Shown piece after piece: positions 24,580 through 37,000 of a DNA stretch of 64,000 bases; the first letter of the stretch is position 1; the number at the start of each line of letters is the position of its first letter. Source of the stretch: Daphnia carinata (taxonomy: Eukaryota); NCBI RefSeq assembly GCF_022539665.2, contig NC_081334.1, positions 2,542,001-2,606,000 on the forward strand, written 5' to 3'. A program made the position numbers and the translations under genes. The notes under the pieces are model-generated. The model did no database searches. It worked only from the letters and a program-made list of their open reading frames with translations, and was not told the DNA's origin.

Positions 24580-24690
24580 TACCGAATCGCCAGTACGCTC
24601 CGGTATTTAATATGATTAGCGACAAATCAATTTACTAGAGCACTGTGGGGTAAAAACTGGCAAATATCGGAACGTGCTGGCGATTTGGTA
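24580..24690. mobile_element. Small inverted-repeat element (MITE-like, TA at both ends) or RNA hairpin
   Basis: Arms TACCGAATCGCCAGTACGCTCCGGTATTT (24580-24608) and AAATATCGGAACGTGCTGGCGATTTGGTA (24662-24690), 25/29 complementary. Confidence 0.5.
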
Positions 24691-25167
24691 CGGAACTGGA
24701 CCTTAACATGCGTAGCTCAAATTGTTTTACAGGTGTTACTACTTGTGGAATACTTCATGGCAAAATTAAAATAATGTTCTACCCTATGATTCGGAAGGCC
24801 TCTACTAAACCATGTAGAATCGATGGTTTTGTATCCCGAGTTTTAGATTTTGGTAGACAAACTGTACATCCTTTCAGTAGTCAATCGATTAGCGGTTTCT
24901 TCATGAAGATGCCTTTGGTAGAATAACAATCACGGATCCAAGACTACAATCCTAATAGCATCTTCAAAAACGAAAACAAATGCCAACATCTTAGGCAAAA
25001 ATATATACATATCCTAATAAAAACAAATAATGTAATTCAATAAAAAATCATAAAAAACTTTTAAAAATGAAAATAAATAGATAAATCTGATCAGTACACA
25101 AGTTTAACTCGTTTAAAATTAACTTGATGCTACCAAATGTACTCCTGTATGCAACTAAGAAACCCCA

Positions 25168-25270
25168 ATAAATAATAATAATAAATAATAATAATAAATA
25201 ATAATAAATAAATAATAAATAAAGAATAAAATAAATAATAATAAGAAATAATAATAAATAAGATAAAATA
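25168..25270. repeat. Imperfect (AAT)n/(AAAT)n low-complexity tract
   Basis: Directly read. Confidence 0.9.
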
Positions 25271-26356
25271 TGAACATTTCCCATCTAAAAGCATTACGCT
25301 AGTGGATTCAAAAAAGATAACCTTAGGATTGCATATGATTTAGATGGGCAAGCGGAGTACATTTTTTCCTAAGTAATCCTACAAACTAGTTTTACACAAC
25401 ATTGCAATTATCAAAAAGAAAAAGAAATGTGAGCACAATAAAAAAAAAAGCAAAAACATAGCTGTTCCACAGGCAGGATTTGCTTTTATCAAAGCATACT
25501 GTGTCTTGTTAGGCAACAACTGTAATAAAAAAAACACTTCGAAGTTGTAGACTAGCTTGATAAAGTTACTACAAACAAAAACTATAGCAAAATTGAAAGT
25601 CTTGTTACCATGTTAGAAATCAACCTGCATTAACCCTTAAAAGGGTTTCATGCAAATTTTTCAACATGTTAGCAGATAAAAATTACTATTTAAGTCACTA
25701 AAAAACAATGTAGTTTTTACGGGGCCACGAATTTCTACCAGGAGTACATTTGGTACTATGTGAAGCCGACGAAATTATTATGGCAACTAGTTAAAATGGC
25801 GAACACTAAAGTTTACAATGTGAGAATTTTTTTACATTACTCTTACTTTCCAACTAATCTTCGCAAACATCAAATTTTGTATTACAACTACGCATCAAAC
25901 ACGTGTGGTATATAATCGATTCAAGTTATGATAAATTATGCTGTATTTTACCTTATGGTTCCACTCAAGATGCACGAGCACATGGCGATCAGCGGCGTTA
26001 TAAAATTCGGCAGCCTTCTGACTTTGTGAGATTCTGGGAGCTGGCTTCTGCTCCGCCCTGCTGTGCTGCCTGACTGTCTCTGTCTGCTTCTACTGGCCTT
26101 CTGGAGACAGGGCACTGGAGTTCTGCTTCTGCTTGGCATACGGACATTTGCCTTCTCATGCGTATTTGCCATGATCTGGCGCCTCTGGGAGAAGAAATAT
26201 TTTATCTGCCAGTATACTGCCCTACGGCTCTAGCTGTGGTTGCCTTAGTTCTCATCATCAACAAGGTATAGGATATGGAGATATGGTAGGAGTACTCAAG
26301 AGGGCGCATCTGGAGTAAAGAGTGAAAATCAGTGTTGTTTTTTAAGTATATGTGCA

Positions 26357-27204
26357 ATGGACATAAATTCTATTGGTACTGATTCATCCAAACCAACTCA
26401 CAAGCATTTCTTCTTCTCTTGTCCTGATAACCCAACTGAAACTCTAGCAGTTATTATCCCTGAGGTAAAAATAATATTATTTTTAAAATTTTTAGTTTTT
26501 GCTTAACTATGTTTACATTCAGCAACTCCATGCTAGCTATGGCATGTACACATGGCCATGTGCCCCAGTGTTAGCATGGTATTTGTGGAGTCAGAGAGCA
26601 GATTTAGTGGGGAAACACATCATTGAACTAGGAGCAGGAACTTCTCTTCCAGGAGTTGTTGCCGCCAAATGTGGAGCCCATGTTACACTCAGTGACTGTG
26701 CTCGCTTCATCAAATGTCTTGAAAACTGCAGAATAAGTGCTGCAACTAATGGTGTTGGTGACAAGGTAATAACATTCTGTTATCCTGATCCCACTTCTCG
26801 TTCTAAATTTCTTGTTTTTTTATTTTGTTTGTAGTTTCTGATATGATTTTGTTTTTGTACAGGTAAACATAATAGGACTTACATGGGGTACATTTGAACC
26901 ACAACTTCTAAAACTCGAGCCTGTTGATCTGATCATCAGCTCAGATTGTTTCTATGATCCAGCTGTTTTCGAGCCAATTCTGGTGACTGTATCTTACTTG
27001 CTGAATAAGAACCCTTCAGCGAGTTTTGTCTGCTCCTATAAAGAACGAAGTTCAGATTGGAGCTTTGAGCCATATTTATCAAAGTGGAAACTGTGCTGCA
27101 GAACTCTTGAAGTGGGCAACATTGTCTCAAGCTCTGTAGTCGATGTTGCCGAGTTGACTCAGGATAACACCATACAAGTCTTCGAAATCTACCGTGCATC
27201 GTAA
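26357..27204 (+). CDS. METTL23: Methyltransferase-like protein 23 (MTF16 family); exons 26357-26464, 26523-26765, 26863-27204
   Basis: YGMYTWPCAPVLAWYL, SAM motif IIELGAGTSLPG, GLTWG, IISSDCFYD, YKERSSDWS. Confidence 0.92.
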
Positions 27205-27223
27205 CTTTCCTCCCCTTATTAAA

Positions 27224-27910
27224 ATGGACGCATTATTGGATTTGGATTCTGCGTTCCATGAAGCCTCAGTGACGGTGAAGCAATTTTTGAACGTTGACAA
27301 GGCCACAATGCTGCGTCTCTATGGACTTTACAAACAAGCAACCCAAGGGGAGTGCAACATTTCTAAACCTGGAATATTTAGTTACACAGCCCGGCAGAAA
27401 TGGGAAGCATGGAATTCCCTGGGATCAACAACTGCTGTGGATGCGAAATCCCAATATATTGAATTGGTGAACAGTCTGATTCCGAAGGACAAACAAGAAG
27501 CACAAAGTGTTCAAAAAGCTTCAGCGTTTGGAGTTTCTGTCAGTTGCATGGCGAAAACAGAACAAGAACTCAACGACTGTGATAAAACAGTTTTTGACTG
27601 GCTGAAAGAAGGAAGTATGGAAAATGTTTCATCCTTGTTAGCTGTTGAACCATCTCTCATTTCGTATCGTGACGAAAGTAAAATGGCGTTAATTCATTGG
27701 GCAGCTGATAGAGGCGATATCGCCATGATCGAGCTACTTGCCAAGAAAGGTGCCGATGTGAACATGATAGATGGTGATGGACAAACCCCTCTACACTATG
27801 CTTTTGCATGCGGCCATGAGGAGTGTATACGTCTTTTAGAAACGCTTGGAGCCAACCGCAATGTCCGTGACAGTAATGGAATGGTACCTTCGGACCTAGC
27901 CGATTCATGA
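27224..27910 (+). CDS. ACBD6: Acyl-CoA-binding plus ankyrin repeat protein, intronless
   Basis: ACB domain LRLYGLYKQATQG...ARQKWEAW; ankyrin repeats ALIHWAADRG and GQTPLHYA; AATAAA at 27957. Confidence 0.93.
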   Translation: MDALLDLDSAFHEASVTVKQFLNVDKATMLRLYGLYKQATQGECNISKPGIFSYTARQKWEAWNSLGSTTAVDAKSQYIELVNSLIPKDKQEAQSVQKASAFGVSVSCMAKTEQELNDCDKTVFDWLKEGSMENVSSLLAVEPSLISYRDESKMALIHWAADRGDIAMIELLAKKGADVNMIDGDGQTPLHYAFACGHEECIRLLETLGANRNVRDSNGMVPSDLADS

Positions 27911-28704
27911 GTTGATCGTTCTGCTGCAGCAGCCTTTGTTTGCCGAAGACTTTGGTAATAAATCGTTTTTTGTCTCTTGTTTTCTAAATACGATGTTTAA
28001 TCGTAAATAATTGTAAGAAAGTTCCAATAGTTGCATAGTAGTTCTGCTCGATGGTTCTAAACGCAGTTTATTGTATCTTTTTAACAGCTGGCCACATGAA
28101 GACAGTCATGTCGACATGACCTCTTTGACATTCCTTTTGACACAGGGTGGAAAGGAAATAAAAGATGTCGGTATGAACGACGAAGAAATCAATGGGTTTG
28201 AGTAAAGAAGAAAATATACAAGAATAAACAAACTTTCTTAGTCAAACAGAAAGGGCTTTAGCGAGCGGACTGTTGGTAAAAATAAACGATTAACAATTAG
28301 TTAACAGCGAGAACTAAACGTATGTCAACTTTACGGAAAATGGAAAGGGTAAAGGAAAAGGGATGGCAGAAATGCGTTTTTAAAAGGAAATCGTGATATC
28401 AAGAAGCATGGCGGGGTTGAGAACATGATCTCGAATATCAACAGCATCTTTACGTTTGTAATGCACCTTGACATGGCTTAGTTTCTTTTTAAATCAGGCA
28501 TGACATCGTAACACTGATCCAAATGTGTAAAAGTAAATAATCCTGTATTGTTTCTGAATTTTGTTTCATAAGAATATTCGCTCAACACTCACAGAATCCA
28601 ACATTTCCAAATTGGATTGCCTCAAACGAGGGGATAGGGGCGGGCGAGAGGAAGGGGAAAAATGGTAGGGAGCACATTTGCAACGAAAGCTCCCCCTAAA
28701 CAAT

Positions 28705-31700
28705 TCACTCGGTATCGTTGTCGTCCGTCCTGCTGCGCTTGGACATGGACTCCCTACTATTTTTGTTAAGATAGCCTTTAGGGGCGGGCACTTTCGTAAT
28801 CGTCACTTGGGATTTGGGAAGAGTCAATCCATCTTTATTGTCTTCGTCATCAGATAAATCAATGACGTCGACTCGACTCCTTTTTTCGCCCCTTGAGGGA
28901 CGGCACACATTCTGATCGGATGAGTCGTGACGAGTTGTTTGTGGTATGATGGTGATCTCGTCGTTGATTCTCAAGGCCCCAGTTGTGCTGGTATTGGTCG
29001 AGCCCGAAATTCCTTTTTTCGTGTCTACCTTTTCTTTGTCGAGAACTTTCCTAGCTACCACCGAATGGGCTGTATAGACATGGTTCTCAAAGAGTTTGTA
29101 CATGGTGAATGTGGCTGTGCAGACCGTACACTTGTACGAAAGATGCGCCGGTTTCAAACTGAGGCCATGGTCCTTCACAACGTGGCTAAGCAGTTTCCAC
29201 TGGTGAACCTACCAATTGAGAAAAGAAAGAAGCAATCGGTATCAATAAAAGCATAACATTGAAATCACAACGCGTTATGGATGCGACAAAATTATAAATA
29301 CCTTTCCACAGATAGGACAACGGCCACCATCTTGGCCGCGGTTGGCCGCTTCTTGCATAGAAGACGTTACCAACCCGTGGGATCCTAACAAATGTCTCTC
29401 AAGTCCTTGGTCGGTAAAAAAACGGCACTGGCATTTTTGACAGTTCAATGGTGGTCGATTGTGAATCATTTTGGGATGAATTTTCACTTTATGAATCCAC
29501 TGCATATGATGGCGTAACTGTTCCAAATCCTACGGGGGAAAAAGTCTGATATAAAAAAAAGTAAACAAAAAAAACTAACATAACAATTCGCTTACCTTAA
29601 TAGTACCGTCGCATATTTCACAGACTACTCCCCCCTTTTGGCCGGGAGTTGCCGGTTGTCCAGCTTTCGCCGTCGAAGTATTATTCCCAACTGCAGCAGT
29701 TGTGTTGGTGGCCGCAGGAGTGACAGGACTTACGGAAAGAGAGGGTTTGTTTGTTATTGTTGATGTGCTCGATCGTGGCAGGGGGGTGATGGAGATACTT
29801 GGTTGCTGGTTAGTCTTTGTCTTATTGGCCGTAGGTGTGCTTGAGCTTTGAATTGTCAAACCACTCGTGTTAACTAAGCCGGGCAATAAACTAATAGAAT
29901 TGGTGTTGGACGCTTTCTTCAGCTTTTCAAGTGCACTAGCACCTGGCGATTGGTTCTTGGAAACAGTTGATGGTAAGACGGACATTGAAGATCCGTGTCC
30001 TTGCAACAGTTGGAAAGACTTGGCAATCGCCTATGACGCGTACGGAAAGGATACATCGTGAGGTTAGCGATTAAACTGTCTCTTGTTATAGGTAATGATT
30101 TTTGTTTACCTGATAAATCTGATTGTTGGGAACACCATAAGAGGCAGGATTTAAATAAGAAGACGATTGATTTGGGACTTGCTGACGACCGTCTCTAACC
30201 TTAGCTTGAGACGCTGATCCCGAAGGTGTTCCTGCAACGCGTGGAGCCGCACCCGATACAACATGCAATTCTGCCGGGAGACGCAAACCAGCCAGTGCTG
30301 ACTGGGAAGGGCTTCCTGTTTTGCTGCCCTTGCCTTGGACTGCTGGTGGCATATTACCCAAGTAATGATTTTGACCTATGACGAAATTATAAAAGGTTGT
30401 TAGCAAAATCGATGGAAAAACACACGGATTGCAGAAACAAGAGCAATCCTTCTTAATGGAATTAGCTACGAATATGGCTTACCGGTCCCTGCTGACGGTA
30501 AGACACTGTTGTATCCCAGAGTATTTATCAAGGCCGATTTGGGTAATAATGGGTGGTAAGGCAGACCAAGTCCTTTGGTCGACGCAAGAGAGTAACCATG
30601 CAACCCTACTACGTTATTCATACCAGGAGCAAAGGTCCGCATACCTCGAGCTGGCATTCTTGGTATCTTAGCTGGTGGTTCCCAGTCTAGCGGTGGCTCT
30701 AGATTGCGGTCAGCAACGAATCGCTTCTGGCAACTCATCATGTGTCGTGTTACTTTGGACTTGACGTTATCTTCGAATGGGCAAAGTGGACATTGGTGCA
30801 AAGGTAGATCAGGTCCTGTCCGCGATTTCATCCTATGATCAGTCTCGATGTGCGCTGATACCAAGTGCGACTCCTTAGCTTCGAACGAGCACCAATGACA
30901 TCCATGGCGGGAGGATGGTCCAGATCCAAGGGCTAACGGAAGGCTCCAATGATGAGCCATCATTAATGACGACTCGCTTTTGAAGTTGCAACGGTCACAC
31001 GAACGCCAAGGCAACCGGAAAGGGTCATTTTTTGCACGAGTAACGTCAAGCCCTAAAACAAACCAGATTGAAGATATGAATTATGAGTACTGATTAACAA
31101 GATAATAATATTTTACCTTTGGTCAAGGCGTTTATGGACAAACTGGGATCGGTGATCTTTGTTCCTTTATGGACTTTTCTCTTCTGAACTCGGAGGAGAT
31201 CTCCCTGGACGTACTCTTGAACCAACGATAATCCAATATCGAGAAAAAAGCGCCCAATAGGACCGGTAAAGTAGTTGTCTTCTTCTTTGTTCGTATCTGA
31301 TTTGGTCAATGATTTCTCCATTTCCGACTTCATTGACGACTTATCGAGCGCAGATCCTCCCGTTATAGTAGTTGCACTAGTGGATTTGACATCATCTGTT
31401 TCTTTCTTTCCTGAGTCATTCGAATCTTCTTCGCTTAAAACTATAACGTCTTCTTTCTTTTCCGACGTAGGAAACGGATCCATCGATTGAACTGTTTTTT
31501 TCAAATTCTGAGAGGCTGATTTCTCAATCAGGTACGGAACGACAAACGACGGCGCTTCGACAATGAAAGAGTCATCTGCTAAACCTACAGTAAAAAAAAA
31601 GGTCTATGTAAGATCAACTCTAGAAACAAACACACACAAAAGGAAGAGAAAAAAAAAAAAAAGAAAAAAAAGAAATTGGTTGTACCAAGTGATTCAAATG

Positions 31701-32619
31701 GATCTGGAAGACTGGTTGAGTTGGAATTCGATGAGGTGATGCTCTTTCGATTTGCACTCGAAGTAGTAGGCGGTAGAGTAGGTTTGGGCATTGATTTGGG
31801 GAGAGGAGGTACAGCAGAAACTGTCACAGATGCTGGGACACTGCTGACAGTTGCAGCATTTTTACCCTTTAAAATGGATTGTGTGTCAACAACAACAAAT
31901 CCAGAATTATTGGAATTGTTTTCTTTAGAACGTGGTACCATGGTCACACTTGTAGCTGAAGAAATGGAAATTTTTGACAAAATTGGAGCTTTGATAAGTT
32001 CTGGTGGTGGTCTTGTCACTTTAGTTATTTTGACAGGAGAGAGAGGCTTTGGTGGGGATTTCACTACCACTGTTGCAATAGGTGATTTCCTAATGAGTAC
32101 TGTTGATGAATTTTTTCCTAGGGGAATCTCCAAAGGGTCTTTCACAGAAGCTGATTGATCTTTTGTGTCATCATCACTGCTGCCGTCTGCTTCAGAATAT
32201 TTCTTTGGTGCAGCCCTCTGTCTTAGGGACATCCTCCTTTGCACAGGAGGCTTCCCATCTTTACTAATGGCTGACGGGGCTTTACTTTGCCCGTTCACAT
32301 CAGCCATTGTTTCCTCCATCTTCTCTTTTCGTTTTGGTTCTTCCAATTCAACATTTTCGCTGGGGAGTTCCTTTTTCTGGCCAACTAGGAATTTTTCTCC
32401 CGTTTTGGCTTCAATCACAGACAAGGAATCTTCACAAGATGCTCCACTTTTAGATATGCTAGCAACTTCTTCATCCACCAGCGAGGAGCCATCTACCACA
32501 ACAGTCTGATGTTTTCCATTTTCCTGTGGGGTAGTCACATCACCATTCATTTCCATTTTGATTTCTGCATCCTCTGTAGAATCCTGGATTTTTTTCAAAT
32601 CCTCTGGGTCAGAATTCAT
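28705..32619 (-). CDS. MEP-1: MOG-interacting and ectopic P-granules protein 1 (C2H2 zinc finger, Mi-2/MEC partner), multi-exon
   Basis: LRHHMQWIHKVKIHPKMIHNRPPLNCQKCQCRFFTDQGLERHLLGSHG, HQCPLCPFED, FFLDIGLSLVQEYVQ; GT-AG introns join the ORF pieces. Confidence 0.88.
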
Positions 32620-34004
32620 AGTGGATGCCTATAAAAAGTACAGGTTAGACCACCAAGTTCAAATGACAACAACCAAGCAGGTTTTGAATGAACAACCAAA
32701 CATCAACAAACATTTGCAACTCATGAAAACAGACGCGATATTTAAAATAATTTACTTCTGGCCTCAAGTATAATCCAAATACCAAATCTATTACGACGAA
32801 GCAATAAAACCATACATTTATTCGTATAAGCCTAACAACGAAACCATTCCCGCCACGATTGTCAAACAGCAGAGGGCTAGATGTAGGTTACGAAAGGTTG
32901 GTAATTAACTTCTCACCGTTTAAAATGAAAATCAATTACGGGATATGCTCAACTTTCCCATGGAGGACTGCAAAAATGTGTTTGCAGATCCACAGTTTTA
33001 ATCCATGGATATGCCAGCTGAGTGGAGTGGAAATTCGAAGCCTGAAAATGGCGACCACGCTTAAGGTATCTTTTTAGTGTAGAGTGTATGCTTGTAGTTA
33101 GGGGAGTACGGGCAACCAATGAGCAATTATAGAATCTCCTCCCTTATGGAATTACGATTCCTGGATCTCAAGTGGCGCTCCATGCGATTATGGAGCGTAA
33201 CTGCAAAGTTATGCATTTATTTCACGAGTGTTACGTTAGCAGCAATACTAATTCCTAGTTCACATCCAAGCCATAGATGTCCATAGCGTCGCTAGCCCTT
33301 TATCCGTTGTGACACATCTCATCTTATCTAGAAGACGGCCAATCGAAACTGATCACGTGACCTTATTCTGTGTTGCTTTTCTTCCGGTTTTCATCATTCA
33401 CCCCACACCCTAATTTTCCTCCATGCCTCTTCCCCACCTTCTCAACGGTTTAACCCCTCCGACGCCGATTAGTTATACCGGAAAATAGGAGGCTCATTAA
33501 GAGTGCCCTCAATCGGGAGTTAACTTCAGCGCTGGAGCCCGTTGCCATCTCATCCGACGAGGTAAACCAGTCTTCAGCAGATCTTGTCACACGGCATGCG
33601 TAACTTTGTTACGAACTATCATAAGGACGTACAGAAATGGGCTCAGAAATTCATCAGCACAAAATGCGTCTCGCTTAAAGCACCTCGTAAACGTCATCTT
33701 TGCATAAGAAAGGGCAATGGCCTTTCTCAAGCGAGACTCCGCCCCATGCATAGCGCCATGATACGCATTCTCAGCACGGATGCAACTAAGGTATTTTATC
33801 GAACTGGTGAATATCTAAGCATGAGCTCTTTTTTTGTATTACTTGAAACATCTGGCATCACCGGCGGTAAGAAGAATGATGAAAGTTAATGTATGACCTA
33901 CACGTACACCGGATAGGAAAGAATATGTACGCGTGCACCTGCGTGCAACACTAAACAACAATAATACAATTAAACAATTGGCACTTGTGAGGTTTTCCGA
34001 AAAT

Positions 34005-37000
34005 TTAATCACGCGACTGTAGTGGATCGGTCGGCGGAGGAGGCGGAGGGGATTGATGCTGCCGTCCAGCCGAACCACGATTATGATGAGTAATGTAACC
34101 AGCTACTCCAGCTCCGGCTGCAATAGGCAATGCAGAGCCAGATGCTTGTAGGAACAGATCATGGCGTTGGTCTCGATAGGAAGCCCAGCAAGACGACTGA
34201 TCTAGGAGAGAAGTTACCCGACTGCCATGTAAACGACTGACGGACAAAGCTTTCAAGATGGAAACCACTAGAGCTCGGCCGGAAGAAGACAAGTGTGGAT
34301 TGACGGAGTCTTCTAGTAATTTTAACAACTGCGGCACCAACTCAACATTAATTGATTGTTGTGCAAACTCTTCGGTTCCCGAGTTTGACGTTATAATCTT
34401 TTCTAGAGTCTCCAATGCAATTGTAACATGCTCAGGATGGTGGTGCATGGCAGATGCAATGGGCGCGATGCATTCTAACCTAGAAAACGCTTCGATGCAA
34501 GTAGTGCTGCTCGCCATCGGGTTCAACAGCGCCAGCAATCGAGCAGCGACTGTACTAGAACCCGTTGAGGATGACAGAAGACGAAGCAACCGTGGCAAAG
34601 GACCTAGGGCCGGAATGTGTTCCGATAAAACAGGCTGACTGTGCAATAGTCCTGAGATGGCTGAGACGATAAGCTTGGTTTTTTCCGTTTCCTATTAAAA
34701 AGCATTGAATGAATTATTATCGTTGCTCTAGAGTTAAGCAAATAGTAGGGCATTAAATCAGCCGAGCCTTACTCCTTCTTTTTGCAAGCCTTGGAGTGCG
34801 GCTTCTAGCAGTTCGCCAAGTATTTCCTTTGGCTTGCGTAGGATCCAACCGGGGTTCGCCACTAACAATCGGAGATAAATTCCACCGACACAGATTTCGG
34901 CATCTAAATTGGGTAGTTCGGATTCATCATGAGGATCAATGCCAGCCCATTCGGCCTTTGGATTCTGACTTATTACAGTCAACTGCCGTTTGACGATGTG
35001 TCGAAGAACCTTTTAATATGGGTTGAGTGTTAAATCGGGAGATCCGTGAAACACGAATAACGATTTACACAATACTTACAGCTGATAGTCGGAGTCGCAT
35101 ATCCTCTGTCCAAATAAGCTCCGGATTCTCTGAACATGATTCAAAGAGTTGGACGGCTGTGGACGGCGTGTCTCGCATGGCATCAGCAAACAGCACTGGA
35201 AGAAATTTGGCCATTTGGATACGTACTTTCCCTCCTACAAGCCTATCGGCTGTCATCCGGGCTAAAAGCTCAGCAGATCTGATTCTCAATTCCATGTCTG
35301 TTTCGTTGCAAAAGACGTCTAATACAAATACAACGCCTATAAAGATTTTAAATAAAGTAAAAATCATTAATTATAAATATTTCAAATACGTGAACTGATT
35401 ACCTCCTTTTGCCAATGCCTCTTTAACAACAGGGGTGTGTGAAAGAAGTGTGTAGATTATATCGAGACATAATCTAACATTATTAGAATTTGATGAACGG
35501 AGAACGGAAAGAAGGTAATTGATCAGTTGAGCTGAGCCAACGTCAACAACACAGTCATTTTGTTGGGTAGCTAGGTGAATCACCTGCATCGGATAGTAAC
35601 TTATGAGCTTCTGATTAGTTTTCTTGCAATAGTAAGTGCATTTATACCTGCAGAGCCAAATATCCGGTGGTAGACGTATTCTCAACAAGTTGGAAAAGAC
35701 ACTGAAAACGTCCAAGGCACTGCAAAGCTACCGCAGGAGTTGCTTTTATCACATTCAATAGCGATTGTAATGCTGAATCGATGGCCTCCAGATCAGTCGC
35801 AAGATTCTTTAAACAAAAGAAAGTATGATAAAAATTGACGTATGAGTTTCGAGTGATCGGTAGGTACCTGTTGGGAGTGTTCCGTTAAATAATCTAGTAG
35901 GTGAATGACAAAATTCGAAGGATTTTCAAGTTGAAAATCCGGTTGCCGGTTGTATACGCGGGCGAATATGCCACCGATAACTAATTCTTTGGTGTAGGTT
36001 TCATGAACATAGGTTGCTCCATACGTTAGGTCGCTTTCGCCCGAGCGGATGTGTGTTCGTTGCTGTTCCAAAAGGAACTCCAGTAGCTGAGAGCGCGTAC
36101 TATTATCCCAAATTAGGACAGGGTTTTCTGTATTGTTAGTCAAAACTTTGAGGAACTCTTCAGGTGACCAAACGCCCAACCGACCGACCAGGTAAGGTGT
36201 CAACAAAGCACTGAGGGCTTCTTGCACTGCGGCATTGGGTGGCGATGCACTGGTACCCTTAAGATAACCACCCAGTCTAGCACAGGCAAACAAAGCCGAC
36301 TTGGCTAAAGTGTTCGACACCTATTGAAATCCAAATTGACATTAAAAGATTCTGCTTTCACATCTATTAGCACTTTGAATCCTAACCTCTTGTTTGTTGG
36401 ATGTTTCAGAACGCTGTACTCCGCCCTCGTCCAAAGTAAAGTCGTAATCAAACAGCAGAATTAACAAGTGCCAAAGAGCTCCTGCTTGAAGTAGTTGGAG
36501 TTGCAATACAGAGTCTTGTGCCAACGAAGCCACACACTCACAGGCCGCTTGGCATAGCTTGGGTAAATGGCGATGGCTAAGTAAGCGGCAAATTTCCGGC
36601 GTTAGCATTTTCAGCTCAGCTAAGCGATCACGACATGCTGGGAAACGGCCTGCCACCGCCAGACATCTAGAAGCATGCATGCAAACCTTGGAATAAAAGA
36701 AAAGAGTTATAAAGTGAAGAATAGTTGGCAGCTTGTCAAAGTTTACCTGAACCGCCACATCTTCCAGTTTGGAAGAAGATCCAATCATTGGTATGCATCG
36801 GGAAATAGCCTCTAAAAATGATTCTAATCCTCCTTCACGTCGTAACTCTTCTGCATTCAGGGCGGAACATCGCACGGTTTGGTAAGCTAAAGCAACTCCA
36901 GCGCCCAAAAGTGAAGTCGTTCTGTGTACAATAATTTGGTGATAGGTTAAGTTAACGTATTCCCGATAAATATCCAGGTAAATATTACTTGCTAAACAGC

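Noticed and set aside
27194..27224. METTL23-ACBD6 fusion by stop readthrough
   Set aside because: The ORFs are in different frames and no obvious slippery site is present
28105..28120. 16-bp perfect palindrome GTCATGTCGACATGAC between ACBD6 and MEP-1 3' ends
   Set aside because: Isolated and short, with no supporting context
30030..30056. U12-type donor GTATCCTTT on the minus strand in MEP-1
   Set aside because: It lies ~25 nt from the acceptor inside an ordinary GT-AG intron that already restores the frame
31676..32509. Long antisense ORFs over MEP-1 (likewise over collagen, Rme-8 and Khc-73)
   Set aside because: Shadow frames of real coding exons, with no independent motifs
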